Assembly: GCA_963678215.1 (NCBI GenBank)
Contig: OY782758.1
Coordinates: 10,086 to 74,085, forward strand
Direction: 5' to 3'
Length of the DNA stretch: 64,000 nt
Origin: Sedimenticolaceae bacterium
GTDB lineage: Bacteria; Pseudomonadota; Gammaproteobacteria; Chromatiales; Chromatiaceae
The position numbers and the translations under genes are program-made. A model generated the notes under the pieces. The model did no database searches and was not told the origin of the DNA. It was given only the letters and a program-made list of their open reading frames with translations. Shown here one piece after another: positions 36,834 through 45,070 of the stretch (position 1 is the stretch's first letter; each line of letters begins with the position of its first letter).

Positions 36834-37061
36834 CGCTGGGCAAAGCCCAGCGTATTCTTGCAGGGTGAAAGCAAAGTGGCATAAATCCAAATTCACCCCT
36901 TTAGGTGGTACGAAAATACTTGACCACTACAGTGATGGTTCGCGCGAAAGTGAGTACAACCGGGGAACCGGATGCGGGAAAACTGCACGTCAGGGTCTGT
37001 GCGGGGGGCGTCCGGTAACGGGCGTTCCTACCGCGAGAGGTGAAAAAGAAAGAGTAGATAT

Positions 37062-37319
37062 ATGCCAATAATAAGCAGATTTCTTGGAATAATCATAGCC
37101 ATGTATTGGGATGATCATTCTCCTCCACACTTTCATGCAAAGTATGCAGAGTATGAAATAACCATAAATATTCACACCGGTGTAGTAGAGGGAAAATTCC
37201 CAAAACGAGCACTCAAGCATGTTCTCGAATGGTATGAATTACACAAAGATGAATTAATTGAAAACTGGGAGCTATGTCAGAATAATGAAGCACCAAGACC
37301 CATAGAACCACTGGAGTGA
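37062..37319 (+). CDS. DUF4160 domain protein (cassette 10, gene 1)
   Basis: 85 aa. ISRFLGIIIAMYWDDHSPPHFHAKY is the DUF4160 signature. Confidence 0.75.
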   Translation: MPIISRFLGIIIAMYWDDHSPPHFHAKYAEYEITINIHTGVVEGKFPKRALKHVLEWYELHKDELIENWELCQNNEAPRPIEPLE

Positions 37320-37324
37320 TAATT

Positions 37325-37612
37325 ATGTTTCTTCATGTTACAAACGCAAAATATCTAGAAGATTATAAGGTAGAAGTATCATTTAACAATGGCCGGAAAG
37401 GTGTGGCTGATTTAATCGATGCTTTAAAAGGTCCAGTATTTAGCCTATTGAAAAATAAATCAGAATTTTCTAGATTCATAGTTGATAAAGAGCTTGAAAC
37501 AATTGTTTGGCCCAATGGGGCTGATCTAGCTCCTGAATATATATTTTTTCAAGCATTTAAAAACGAACCTGAACTTCAGGCACAATTCAAACAATGGGGT
37601 TATATCACCTAA
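37325..37612 (+). CDS. DUF2442 domain protein (cassette 10, gene 2)
   Basis: ATG at 37325. VTNAKYLEDYKVEVSFNNGRKGVADL...ETIVWPNGADLAPEYI fits DUF2442, the usual partner of DUF4160. Confidence 0.7.
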   Translation: MFLHVTNAKYLEDYKVEVSFNNGRKGVADLIDALKGPVFSLLKNKSEFSRFIVDKELETIVWPNGADLAPEYIFFQAFKNEPELQAQFKQWGYIT

Positions 37613-37615
37613 AAA

Positions 37616-37646
37616 TTGCTTAAATCTGACGCATTTGGCGTTATGT
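37616..37646 (+). other. Truncated attC-like remnant
   Basis: GCTTAAATCTGACGCATTTGGC GTTATGT (37640-37646) is directly followed by GTAACAATCAGCCGCGCAC, an R''-like left arm. It is too short for a complete site and looks like fused halves. Confidence 0.3.
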
Positions 37647-37671
37647 GTAACAATCAGCCGCGCACATAAAT

Positions 37672-37725
37672 TTCCAATCAATTTGCAGTAATTCTATACT
37701 CTCAGCAAACCCATCGTACTGAGAG
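37672..37725 (+). promoter_or_regulatory. Candidate sigma70 promoter plus operator-like inverted repeat upstream of the RHH gene
   Basis: TTCCAA (37672-37677), 17-nt spacer, TATACT (37695-37700). The 7-bp inverted repeat CTCTCAG (37699-37705) / CTGAGAG (37719-37725) lies between the -10 box and the RBS GAGGTG. Confidence 0.35.
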
Positions 37726-37732
37726 GTGTAAA

Positions 37733-37954
37733 ATGCCCAGGCTTACTGTTGATCTATCCTCCGAAATTGACTCCCGCCTTACTTCCATTGCCCAGAGGCA
37801 AGGTATCTCCAAAGCCGAAGCCATGCGACGAGCATTCGCATTACTGTCAGTCGCAGACCAAGAAACCGCCAAAGGGAATTCTTTGGGCATTGTGCGTGAA
37901 GATCCCAATGGACATGAACTTATAGCTCTTGGCCGTGTTGTGGGGCTTCAATGA
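37733..37954 (+). CDS. Ribbon-helix-helix (CopG/MetJ-type) protein, antitoxin-like (cassette 11, gene 1)
   Basis: 73 aa. The N-terminal PRLTVDLSSEIDSRLTSIAQRQGISKAEAMRRAF is a typical RHH beta-alpha-alpha segment. Confidence 0.65.
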   Translation: MPRLTVDLSSEIDSRLTSIAQRQGISKAEAMRRAFALLSVADQETAKGNSLGIVREDPNGHELIALGRVVGLQ

Positions 37955-38208
37955 ACAGTGAGGAAAACATTGATCTGAAATCGGTCTTCTCTGAAGAGAG
38001 CCGTGTCAGCATTGATGAAAGTGATCGCTTAAAATTCGCGAAGCAAGTGCTATTTTAGCTGGGGTTTATTTGTATTGCGGTATTTATCGGCTATGCGGTG
38101 TTTCCAGAAAACGCAGCATTAGCAGCTATATTTGAGTTGGTTAAAATCGGGGCATTACTGTTGGTCACCTTGGTGATTTTCTTTTACTTTCCCAATTCAA
38201 GCAAGTAA
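37951..38208 (+). pseudogene. Small membrane-protein gene interrupted by an in-frame amber codon (cassette 11, gene 2)
   Basis: ATG at 37951 overlaps the RHH stop (ATGA). It reads 35 codons (MNSEENIDLKSVFSEESRVSIDESDRLKFAKQVLF), then TAG at 38056-38058, then 49 more in-frame codons encoding two hydrophobic segments (LGFICIAVFIGYAVF...IGALLLVTLVIFFYF), with the stop at 38206-38208. Confidence 0.5.
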
Positions 38209-38284
38209 CACATAATCAACCATTCAACCAGGAGTGCCTTCGTCACTTACGCTCTTCAGCCGCCCTGTTAATGGGGCGTTAGCG
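38203..38284 (+). other. attC site 11
   Basis: AGTAAC (38204-38209) overlaps the stop; GTTAGCG at 38278-38284; partially complementary arms (CCATTCAACCAGG / CCCTGTTAATGG). Confidence 0.5.
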
Positions 38285-38318
38285 CCAAAAATATCATTTC
38301 CAACGTTGTGTTGGAACT

Positions 38319-38603
38319 TTGCTAAGTGATTCAGAAAAACAAAGTTTAATCAATTATTTAGCGAAACACCCGCAAACAGGTGCCATCATGCAGGGTACTG
38401 GCGGCATCCGAAAACTCCGTTGGGCTTCTGGCAGCAAAGGAAAAAGTGGTGGTGTTCGAGTGATTTACTACCACTACCATGAAATGGTTCGACTATTTTT
38501 GCTTTCCATTTTTGGTAAAAGTGAAAAGGCTAATTTATCTAAAGCAGAAAGGAACGAACTTGCCAAATTCACTCAATTACTTGTGAAACACTATGGTGAA
38601 TAA
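38319..38603 (+). CDS. higB: HigB-2-like (RelE/ParE superfamily) toxin, apparently N-terminally shortened (cassette 12, gene 1)
   Basis: LSDSEKQSLINYLAKHPQTGAIMQGTGGIRKLRWASGSKGKSGGVRVIYYHY...LFLLSIFGKSEKANLSKAERNEL parallels Vibrio cholerae HigB-2 as I recall it (LSDEEYRLFQ...GDVIQGTGGLRKIRVASKGKGKRGGSRIIYYF). The frame opens right after the attC core and has only a TTG start. Confidence 0.6.
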   Translation: MLSDSEKQSLINYLAKHPQTGAIMQGTGGIRKLRWASGSKGKSGGVRVIYYHYHEMVRLFLLSIFGKSEKANLSKAERNELAKFTQLLVKHYGE

Positions 38604-38605
38604 AG

Positions 38606-38893
38606 ATGTCGGAATTTTTCAACAGTATTAAACAAGGCTTGGAAGAAGCTATTGATTACTCAAAAGGCAGATGTCCTAAAGCTGTTGTACATAAATTTTC
38701 CCCCATTGATGTAAAGAATATTCGTGCAAAAATGGGGATGAATCAAAATGAATTTGCATCCGCTTTTGGCATTAGTGTTAGTACATTGAGGCATTGGGAG
38801 CGTGGGGATCGTTCTCCGCAGGGGCCAGCTTTAGTGTTGCTCAATGTCGTTGCAAAAGAACCCCATGCTGTACTTAAAGTATTGGCAAGTTAA
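38606..38893 (+). CDS. higA: HigA-2-like XRE HTH antitoxin (cassette 12, gene 2)
   Basis: 95 aa. IRAKMGMNQNEFASAFGISVSTLRHWERGDRSPQGPALVLLNVVAKEPHAV. Confidence 0.7.
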   Translation: MSEFFNSIKQGLEEAIDYSKGRCPKAVVHKFSPIDVKNIRAKMGMNQNEFASAFGISVSTLRHWERGDRSPQGPALVLLNVVAKEPHAVLKVLAS

Positions 38894-38896
38894 TTG

Positions 38897-38967
38897 CGCT
38901 AACAAGTTGCTCCACCGGAAAAAATACTCGCTTCGCTCGCATTTTTCCGCTGGGTCAGGTGTTAAAT
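38897..38967 (+). other. attC site 12
   Basis: GCTAAC (38898-38903) AAGTTGCTCCACCGGAAAAAAT...CATTTTTCCGCTGGGTCAGGT GTTAAAT (38961-38967). Confidence 0.65.
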
Positions 38968-38987
38968 TTACTCGGAGAATTTATTCT

Positions 38988-39191
38988 ATGCCCTATGTGA
39001 ATATAAAAATTACCAATGAAGGTGTTTCAAAGGAACAAAAAACTCAATTGGTTGCGGGTGTGACCGAGCTACTTCAGCGGGTTCTAAATAAGAATTCTGC
39101 AACAACTGTTGTGGTGATTGACGAAGTGGAAACTGATAATTGGGGTATCGGTGGTGAGCTGGTTACCGAAAGAAGAAAGCGGGGGGCTTAA
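38988..39191 (+). CDS. 4-oxalocrotonate tautomerase family protein (cassette 13)
   Basis: ATG at 38988 gives MPYVNIKITNEGVSKEQKTQLVAGVTELLQRVLNK, with the Pro-1 signature after Met removal. 67 aa. The longer track ORF start at 38844 lies inside higA. Confidence 0.7.
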   Translation: MPYVNIKITNEGVSKEQKTQLVAGVTELLQRVLNKNSATTVVVIDEVETDNWGIGGELVTERRKRGA

Positions 39192-39250
39192 AAGGTGAGG
39201 GCAGCGGTTTCTGTTGCGGAGTGATGTTTCCCAAGGCTGTGTCGGGTCGT

Positions 39251-39432
39251 TCAATTATTGTACCGCCATAGCCATTCGGTCGCTGTCTGCTGGGCATGAG
39301 CGATGGATTCAGAGATGTGTTCGCCCAGCCACTGCGGATAGTTTTTCGTCCAGTCGCTTACCGGCTTCCCGTGTGTTGATGTATTTGATGATGTTGTTGT
39401 GCTCGTTGACGAATTTGGCAGCGGATTGAATC
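39251..39432 (-). pseudogene. IS3-family (IS2-group-like) transposase OrfB C-terminal relic
   Basis: Minus-strand fragments ...GKPVSDWTKNYPQWLGEHISESIAHAQQTATEWLWRYNN* resemble the conserved OrfB end (PGKP...ATEWLWTYNNERPH). The relic is frameshifted, internally deleted and truncated. Confidence 0.5.
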
Positions 39433-39553
39433 ATAACGATCAGTTATTCCCGGAGAATTCCGCTGCCCTTGATCGTTCAATGCACTTGGCTTTTATGGCG
39501 AAAGAATTTAAGCGCGATTGCTCTGGGAGTTGGCGCTATCGCGCTGCATTTGC

Positions 39554-40678
39554 TCAACTTTGTTGGTTCATTGCCACATCCGCTGGTGAGTAGGCATAGC
39601 CTAAAGCTTCAGCGACAGGTTGGCAGGTGACTTTTCCGGCGTAGACATTGAGTCCGTTACGCAGATGTGGGTTATCAGTTAAAGCTTGTCGCCAGCCTTT
39701 ATCCGCGATTTCCAAAGCGTAGGGCAGGGTGGCATTGTTCAGCGCATAGGTTGATGTCCGCGCCACGGCCCCTGGCATATTGGCGACGCAATAATGCACG
39801 ATGCCATCCACGATATAAGTCGGCTCAGCATGCGTGGTGGGTTTGGATGTCACGAAACAACCACCTTGGTCAATTGCCACATCGACTAGCACAGCGCCGG
39901 GTTGCATGTCAGCGAGCATGGCTTTTGAGATCAGTTTGGGAGCAGCGGCACCTGGAATCAACACGGCACCGACAATCAGATCGGCTTCCGTGATCAGTTG
40001 ATTCAGCAAGGCTTCGGTCGAATAGAGTACGTTGGCGCTGGCACCAAAATAGTTGGACAGGCGTTCCAGCGTGGCTGGATTACGGTCCAGAATCGTCACG
40101 TCGGCTTGCATGCCGACTGCCATTTGCGCGGCGTTAAAACCTACCACGCCGCCGCCGATGATGACGACTTTGGCCGGTTGCACGCCTGGCACGCCGCCGA
40201 TCAGCACGCCCAGGCCACCATGCACTTTTTCCAAGACATTAGCACCGGCCTGGATTGACAGGCGTCCGGCCACCTGGCTCATGGGTTTCAGTAAGGGTAA
40301 TCCGCCTTGTGCGTCGGTAATGGTTTCATAGGCGATGCCTACAGCCCCGGATGCTAACAGGTCGCGTGTTTGCTCAGGATCCGGCGCAAGGTGCAAATAG
40401 GTATACAGGATTTGTCCATCACGCAACATTTGGCGTTCGATGGCTTGTGGTTCTTTCACTTTGATGATCATGTCCGCCGTATTGAACACCTGTTGCGCGT
40501 CATCCGCGATTGTCGCGCCAACGGCTTGATACATGGCGTCCGTTGCGCCGATGCCTGCGCCAGCACCGGTTTGCAGCAGGACTTCATGGCCGTGTTTGAT
40601 CATTTCTCCCGCGCTTTCCGGCGTCAGGCCGACACGGTATTCATGGTTTTTGATTTCTGTGGGTACGCCAATCAACAT
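39554..40678 (-). CDS. ald: Alanine dehydrogenase
   Basis: 374 aa. MLIGVPTEIKNHEYRVGLTPES and the Rossmann motif VVIIGGGVVGFNAA. Confidence 0.9.
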   Translation of the reverse strand: MLIGVPTEIKNHEYRVGLTPESAGEMIKHGHEVLLQTGAGAGIGATDAMYQAVGATIADDAQQVFNTADMIIKVKEPQAIERQMLRDGQILYTYLHLAPDPEQTRDLLASGAVGIAYETITDAQGGLPLLKPMSQVAGRLSIQAGANVLEKVHGGLGVLIGGVPGVQPAKVVIIGGGVVGFNAAQMAVGMQADVTILDRNPATLERLSNYFGASANVLYSTEALLNQLITEADLIVGAVLIPGAAAPKLISKAMLADMQPGAVLVDVAIDQGGCFVTSKPTTHAEPTYIVDGIVHYCVANMPGAVARTSTYALNNATLPYALEIADKGWRQALTDNPHLRNGLNVYAGKVTCQPVAEALGYAYSPADVAMNQQS

Positions 40679-40697
40679 CGGTTTGTCCTCGAAAAAG

Positions 40698-41726
40698 TTA
40701 CTGCAGGATCTTTTCCACTAAGTCAACCGCGCGTCGCCAGCGCGGGTGCGCTTCCAGTTGCGCACGATTTAACGACCAGGGGTGTGCATATAGGCGGGTG
40801 AGTTTGGCATGGCTGATTGGTGGGTTGTCCAGACTGTCCAAAATCTGATCCGCCGCGTTGGGATTATTGCACACTAGAATGCTGTCGCAACCGGCTTGCA
40901 GAGCGGCTTTAGCGCGTGCGCCATGATCGCCTTCCGTGATCGTGGCGTCCATGTTGAGGTCATCACTGAAGATCACTCCTTGGAAACCGAGTTGTCGTCG
41001 TAATAGCGTCTGCAACCAGAATGGCGAGAAACCCGCGAGTTGCGTATCGCATTGTGGGTAGACAATGTGCGCTGGCATGATCGCATCTAATCCGTCATTG
41101 ATGAGATATTGGAAGGGTTGGATATCCAGTAGGATCGTCGCCAATTCCCGTTCATCAATGGGTTGGTCGGTATGTGAGTCGGCAGCGACGGCGCCATGGC
41201 CGGGAAAATGCTTGCCGACGCTGGCCATGCCAGCTTGGTGTGCGCCCAGCATCCAGGCATGTGCCAGTTCGCTGACTTGCTGTGGCGTCTGGCCAAAGGC
41301 GCGATCACCAATCACCTGACTGATGCCATAATCAATGTCCAGCACAGGCGCAAAGCTTAAATCCACGCCGACGCAGCGTAATTCAGCGGCCATCAGCCAG
41401 CTGATTTCGCGGCTGGCTGCTTGGGCTTGTGAAAGGCTCTGGTGGTAATGGCGCAGGATTTTTGCCGCAGCGGGCAGGCGAGTGAACGCTTGGCGGAAAC
41501 GTTGTACGCGTCCGCCTTCCTGGTCGATAGTGATTAGTAAGGGGGGATCGCGTAATGCGCGAATCTGTTGTATCAGGCGCTGAATTTGATCATAGGAGTC
41601 ATAGTTGCGGGTGAATAAAATCACACCGCCGACAGCCGGGTGTTGCAGGCGTTGAATGTCATCTGGGGTGAGTTCCAGTCCTATGATGTCCAGTATGACT
41701 GGCCCAAGCGTTGGATTGGCGTTCAT
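40698..41726 (-). CDS. nagZ: Beta-N-acetylhexosaminidase
   Basis: 342 aa. GH3 motifs ITIDQEGGRVQR, KHFPGHG and FSDDLNM. Confidence 0.9.
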   Translation of the reverse strand: MNANPTLGPVILDIIGLELTPDDIQRLQHPAVGGVILFTRNYDSYDQIQRLIQQIRALRDPPLLITIDQEGGRVQRFRQAFTRLPAAAKILRHYHQSLSQAQAASREISWLMAAELRCVGVDLSFAPVLDIDYGISQVIGDRAFGQTPQQVSELAHAWMLGAHQAGMASVGKHFPGHGAVAADSHTDQPIDERELATILLDIQPFQYLINDGLDAIMPAHIVYPQCDTQLAGFSPFWLQTLLRRQLGFQGVIFSDDLNMDATITEGDHGARAKAALQAGCDSILVCNNPNAADQILDSLDNPPISHAKLTRLYAHPWSLNRAQLEAHPRWRRAVDLVEKILQ

Positions 41727-41747
41727 TGGTGTGGGGCAGGCGGAGGT

Positions 41748-42644
41748 TCAGGTGGCATCGTTGGTCGTCGTTTCGGCGTGCGTATCAGGTGGCTGAATGG
41801 CGGTGTATAAAGCGGAGTAATCGGCGTTGGCGAACCCGCTATTGATTGTTTTGGCGACGATCTCTTTGATGCTGGTGACGGTGGAACCATCAAGATGCTG
41901 TTCCGTCATGGAAGACAGGAATAAATCCAAATCTTTGAGTAAGTGTTTGGTGGTGAAATTGGGTTGAGTGAAGTCGTTGCTCAACATGCGTGGGAGTTTT
42001 TTGTCATAGGTGGGCGCGTAGAGGGCGCTTTCACGCACAATCGTCATGAAGGATGCAATATCGACGTTATTGCCTTGGATATAGGCCAGAGAGGTGGAGA
42101 AAGCCGTTGTGAGTGCGCCGATCAGATGGTTCATCGCCAGTTTGACGGCGGCGGCATGACCGACTTCGCCCAGATAAACCGGGTTTGGGCCTAAGCTGGT
42201 CAAAAAGTCATGCCAGATCTCGTATTGTGGGCGACTGGCACCGACCATCAAAATCAAGCGGGCCGATTGGGCTTCAGGAATACTGCCCAATACCGGGCAT
42301 TCGAGATAATCACAGGCGATTTTTTCGCAATCCGCTGCCAGTTGCTGGCTTTGTTCGGGTGAGATCGTCGCCATTTGAATCAAGGTTTTGCCGGCCAGTA
42401 CGCGTGGTTCAGTCTGGCGAAAGAGGACATCCTGAATCGCCGTATCATCAGTGAGCAGGGTGAGGATGCACTGGGCGTTTTCCATGGCGTTCGCGGGAGT
42501 GGTCGAGGTGTTGATGCCTTGGCGGGCCAGAGCGGTGAGTTTTTCAGCCGAGCGATTGTAAGCGGATACGGTATGGCCGGTTTGTTTTAAGGTCATGGCG
42601 ATGGCCGATCCCATCAAGCCAGTTCCCAGGATAGCGACATGCAT
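41748..42644 (-). CDS. NAD(P)-dependent beta-hydroxyacid dehydrogenase family oxidoreductase
   Basis: 298 aa. N-terminal VAILGTGLMGSAIA Rossmann motif and a 6PGDH-type NAD-binding pattern. Confidence 0.75.
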   Translation of the reverse strand: MHVAILGTGLMGSAIAMTLKQTGHTVSAYNRSAEKLTALARQGINTSTTPANAMENAQCILTLLTDDTAIQDVLFRQTEPRVLAGKTLIQMATISPEQSQQLAADCEKIACDYLECPVLGSIPEAQSARLILMVGASRPQYEIWHDFLTSLGPNPVYLGEVGHAAAVKLAMNHLIGALTTAFSTSLAYIQGNNVDIASFMTIVRESALYAPTYDKKLPRMLSNDFTQPNFTTKHLLKDLDLFLSSMTEQHLDGSTVTSIKEIVAKTINSGFANADYSALYTAIQPPDTHAETTTNDAT

Positions 42645-42656
42645 GACGGGTTGCCT

Positions 42657-43730
42657 TTATAGCGCTGCGCACACGGCGTCGCCCATCTCGGCGCAACTCA
42701 CTTCAGTCATGCCGACAGACAGAATGTCCGGTGTGCGCAGGCCGTCGTCCAGGACCTGATTGACGGCGGTTCCAATACGATCCGCCTGGGCAGGTTCATG
42801 CAGGCTGTGACGTAACATCATGGCGACGGATAGGATGGCAGCCAGTGGGTTGGCGATATTTTGTCCGGCGATATCCGGCGCTGAACCATGGATGGGTTCG
42901 TACAACCCCTGGCCTTTTTCATTGAGCGAGGCGGAGCCTAACATGCCGATGGAGCCAGTGAGCATGGCGGCGCAATCTGACAGAATGTCGCCAAACATGT
43001 TGGTTGTGACCATGACATCAAATTGCTTGGGCCATTTGACCAATTGCATGGCGGCGTTATCCACATACAGGTGGCTGAGCTGAATGTCAGGATATTCGTG
43101 CTGCACAATGCGGGTTGCGACTTCACGCCACAGTTCAGTGCATTCCAGTACGTTGGCTTTGTCCACTGAGCACAGGCGTTTATCGCGTTGCATGGCAATA
43201 TCACAGGCCACGCGCATGATGCGTTCGATCTCATGCTCGGCGTAGACTAAGGTATTGAATCCTTCGCGTTCGCCGTCCGCCAATGTGCGGATGCCGCGTG
43301 GTTGGCCGAAATAAATGCCCCCTGTCAACTCGCGCACAATCATGATGTCCAGCCCGGCGACCACTTCCGGTTTTAAGGTTGAGGCGGCGGCCAGTTGGGG
43401 TGCTAGCACCGCTGGGCGTAAATTAGCGAATAAGCCAAGTTCTGAGCGTAAAGCGAGCAGTCCTTTTTCGGGACGCATTGAGATGTCCAGTGACTCCCAT
43501 TGCGGACCGCCGACGGCGCCTAACAGAGTGGCGTCGGTTTCACGCGCCATTTCCAGCGTGGTTGGTGGTAATGGAGTGCCTGTCGCTTCATAAGCGGCAC
43601 CGCCGACCAGTCCTTCATCCAACGCAATATCCAGGCCCTCGCCTGCCAGTTTATCCAATACTTTGGCAGCTTCAGTAATGATTTCAGGGCCTATGCCGTC
43701 GCCCGGCAAAATGAGTATGCGTTTGGTCAC
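42657..43730 (-). CDS. leuB: 3-isopropylmalate dehydrogenase
   Basis: 357 aa. [33 protein letters not shown], and the SAPDIAG region. Confidence 0.95.
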   Translation of the reverse strand: MTKRILILPGDGIGPEIITEAAKVLDKLAGEGLDIALDEGLVGGAAYEATGTPLPPTTLEMARETDATLLGAVGGPQWESLDISMRPEKGLLALRSELGLFANLRPAVLAPQLAAASTLKPEVVAGLDIMIVRELTGGIYFGQPRGIRTLADGEREGFNTLVYAEHEIERIMRVACDIAMQRDKRLCSVDKANVLECTELWREVATRIVQHEYPDIQLSHLYVDNAAMQLVKWPKQFDVMVTTNMFGDILSDCAAMLTGSIGMLGSASLNEKGQGLYEPIHGSAPDIAGQNIANPLAAILSVAMMLRHSLHEPAQADRIGTAVNQVLDDGLRTPDILSVGMTEVSCAEMGDAVCAAL

Positions 43731-43903
43731 TGACTGGGATCCTCGTTTGTTGATCGCCGTTTGTCGGGTTGAGGCGGGTATGCGCGTTTAGCCGACAGTC
43801 GATCATGATTTTTAGAAAGGACGCAGTATAACCAACTCCGGTTAATATCTGAATTCGGGCATAATGGCGACCTGTGTTATCCGGTTTTTTGTGGATTTAT
43901 TCT

Positions 43904-45064
43904 GTGCGACGTATTCAATTGCCAGAGCGACCCGATTGGCGCGAACATGCCGAGCGTGAGGGGTTTCATTTTCATACGTTCGATGATGGGCCTTATTGGT
44001 ATGAGAAGGCGGCCTATCAGTTCAGCCTTCGTCAAATTGAGGTGGACTTGGAGGATGTCACGGATGAGCTGTACGCTATGTGCCTGGATTTTGTGGATCA
44101 AGCGGTTCGGGATGAGAAAATCCTGCGTGATTTACGCATTCCTGAGTTTGCCTGGCCGATGATTCAGGATAGTTGGCGGCGTAACGAAGGCAGTTTGTAT
44201 GGCCGGATGGATTTTTGTTATGACGGCGCAGGCCCCGCCAAATTGCTGGAATTCAACGCGGATACGCCAACCAGTATTTATGAGGCGGCCTATTTTCAAT
44301 GGGGTTGGCTGGAAGACGCCATGCGACTGGGTTTGATTCCGCCGGACAGTGATCAATACAATGCCATGCATGAAAAGCTTGTCGAAGCTTTTGCGCGTTT
44401 GCCCATTGTCAGCCCGCTGCATCTGGCCAGTTGCCAAGGTAGTGAGGAGGATCGGGCCACGGTTGAATATCTGCAAGATTGTGCGAACCAAGCGGGCTAT
44501 GAAACCAAGTTCCTCTATATAGAGGATATCGGAGCGGACATTCAGGGTCAGTTTAATGATCTGGAAGATCAGCCGATTCGTTGGTTATTCAAGCTGTATC
44601 CCTGGGAATGGTTGATGCGTGAGGAATATGCCGAGCATCTGGTGGGTTGTGATACGAATTTTATTGAACCAGCATGGAAGGCTGTGTTGTCGAATAAAGC
44701 CATGCTGGTTTACTTGTGGCGACGACATCCGGGGCATCCGAATTTGTTGCCGGCTTTTTTTGCCGAAGATCCGGCAGCTCGGGAATTGATGGGTAATTAT
44801 GCGCGCAAGCCGATTTATGCCCGAGAAGGCGCCAATATCAGTTTGTTCCAACAGGGTCGGGAGCCAGTTGAGTTACCCGGCAGTTATGGCGAGGAAGGGT
44901 ATATTCACCAGGCATTGGCCCCACTGCCGCAATTTGATGGCAATTACACGGTGATTGGCAGTTGGGTGATTAATGGCGAAGCTTGCGGGATGGGCATTCG
45001 TGAGGATGATGGGCCAATCACGACGGATGATGCGCGTTTTGTGCCGCATTTCATTGCCGATTGA
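43904..45064 (+). CDS. Glutathionylspermidine synthase-like ATP-grasp family protein (YgiC/YjfC type)
   Basis: GTG at 43904 gives VRRIQLPERPDWREHAEREGFHFHT..., paralleling the YgiC N-terminus ([20 protein letters not shown]). LLEFNADTPTSIYEAAYFQWGWLED is also present. Confidence 0.75.
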   Translation: MRRIQLPERPDWREHAEREGFHFHTFDDGPYWYEKAAYQFSLRQIEVDLEDVTDELYAMCLDFVDQAVRDEKILRDLRIPEFAWPMIQDSWRRNEGSLYGRMDFCYDGAGPAKLLEFNADTPTSIYEAAYFQWGWLEDAMRLGLIPPDSDQYNAMHEKLVEAFARLPIVSPLHLASCQGSEEDRATVEYLQDCANQAGYETKFLYIEDIGADIQGQFNDLEDQPIRWLFKLYPWEWLMREEYAEHLVGCDTNFIEPAWKAVLSNKAMLVYLWRRHPGHPNLLPAFFAEDPAARELMGNYARKPIYAREGANISLFQQGREPVELPGSYGEEGYIHQALAPLPQFDGNYTVIGSWVINGEACGMGIREDDGPITTDDARFVPHFIAD

Positions 45065-45070
45065 GACACC

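Larger units (their letters stand above)
26606..39200 (+). mobile_element. Integron gene-cassette array without detectable integrase (CALIN-like), about 13 attC sites
   Basis: AT-rich block with all cassette ORFs on the plus strand. Each ORF or ORF pair is followed by an imperfect palindrome from RYYYAAC to GTTRRRY (individual sites listed below). No tyrosine-recombinase ORF is present in or next to the block. Confidence 0.8.

Noticed and set aside
26606-39000. Regularly recurring palindromic repeats that could be mistaken for a CRISPR array
   Set aside because: The repeats are imperfect, vary in length (48-133 bp) and are not identical to each other. The intervals are 0.4-1.4 kb (about 3.4 kb where the IS4 element is inserted) and contain full ORFs with RBSs. 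The conserved ends are RYYYAAC/GTTRRRY, which fits attC sites rather than CRISPR repeats.
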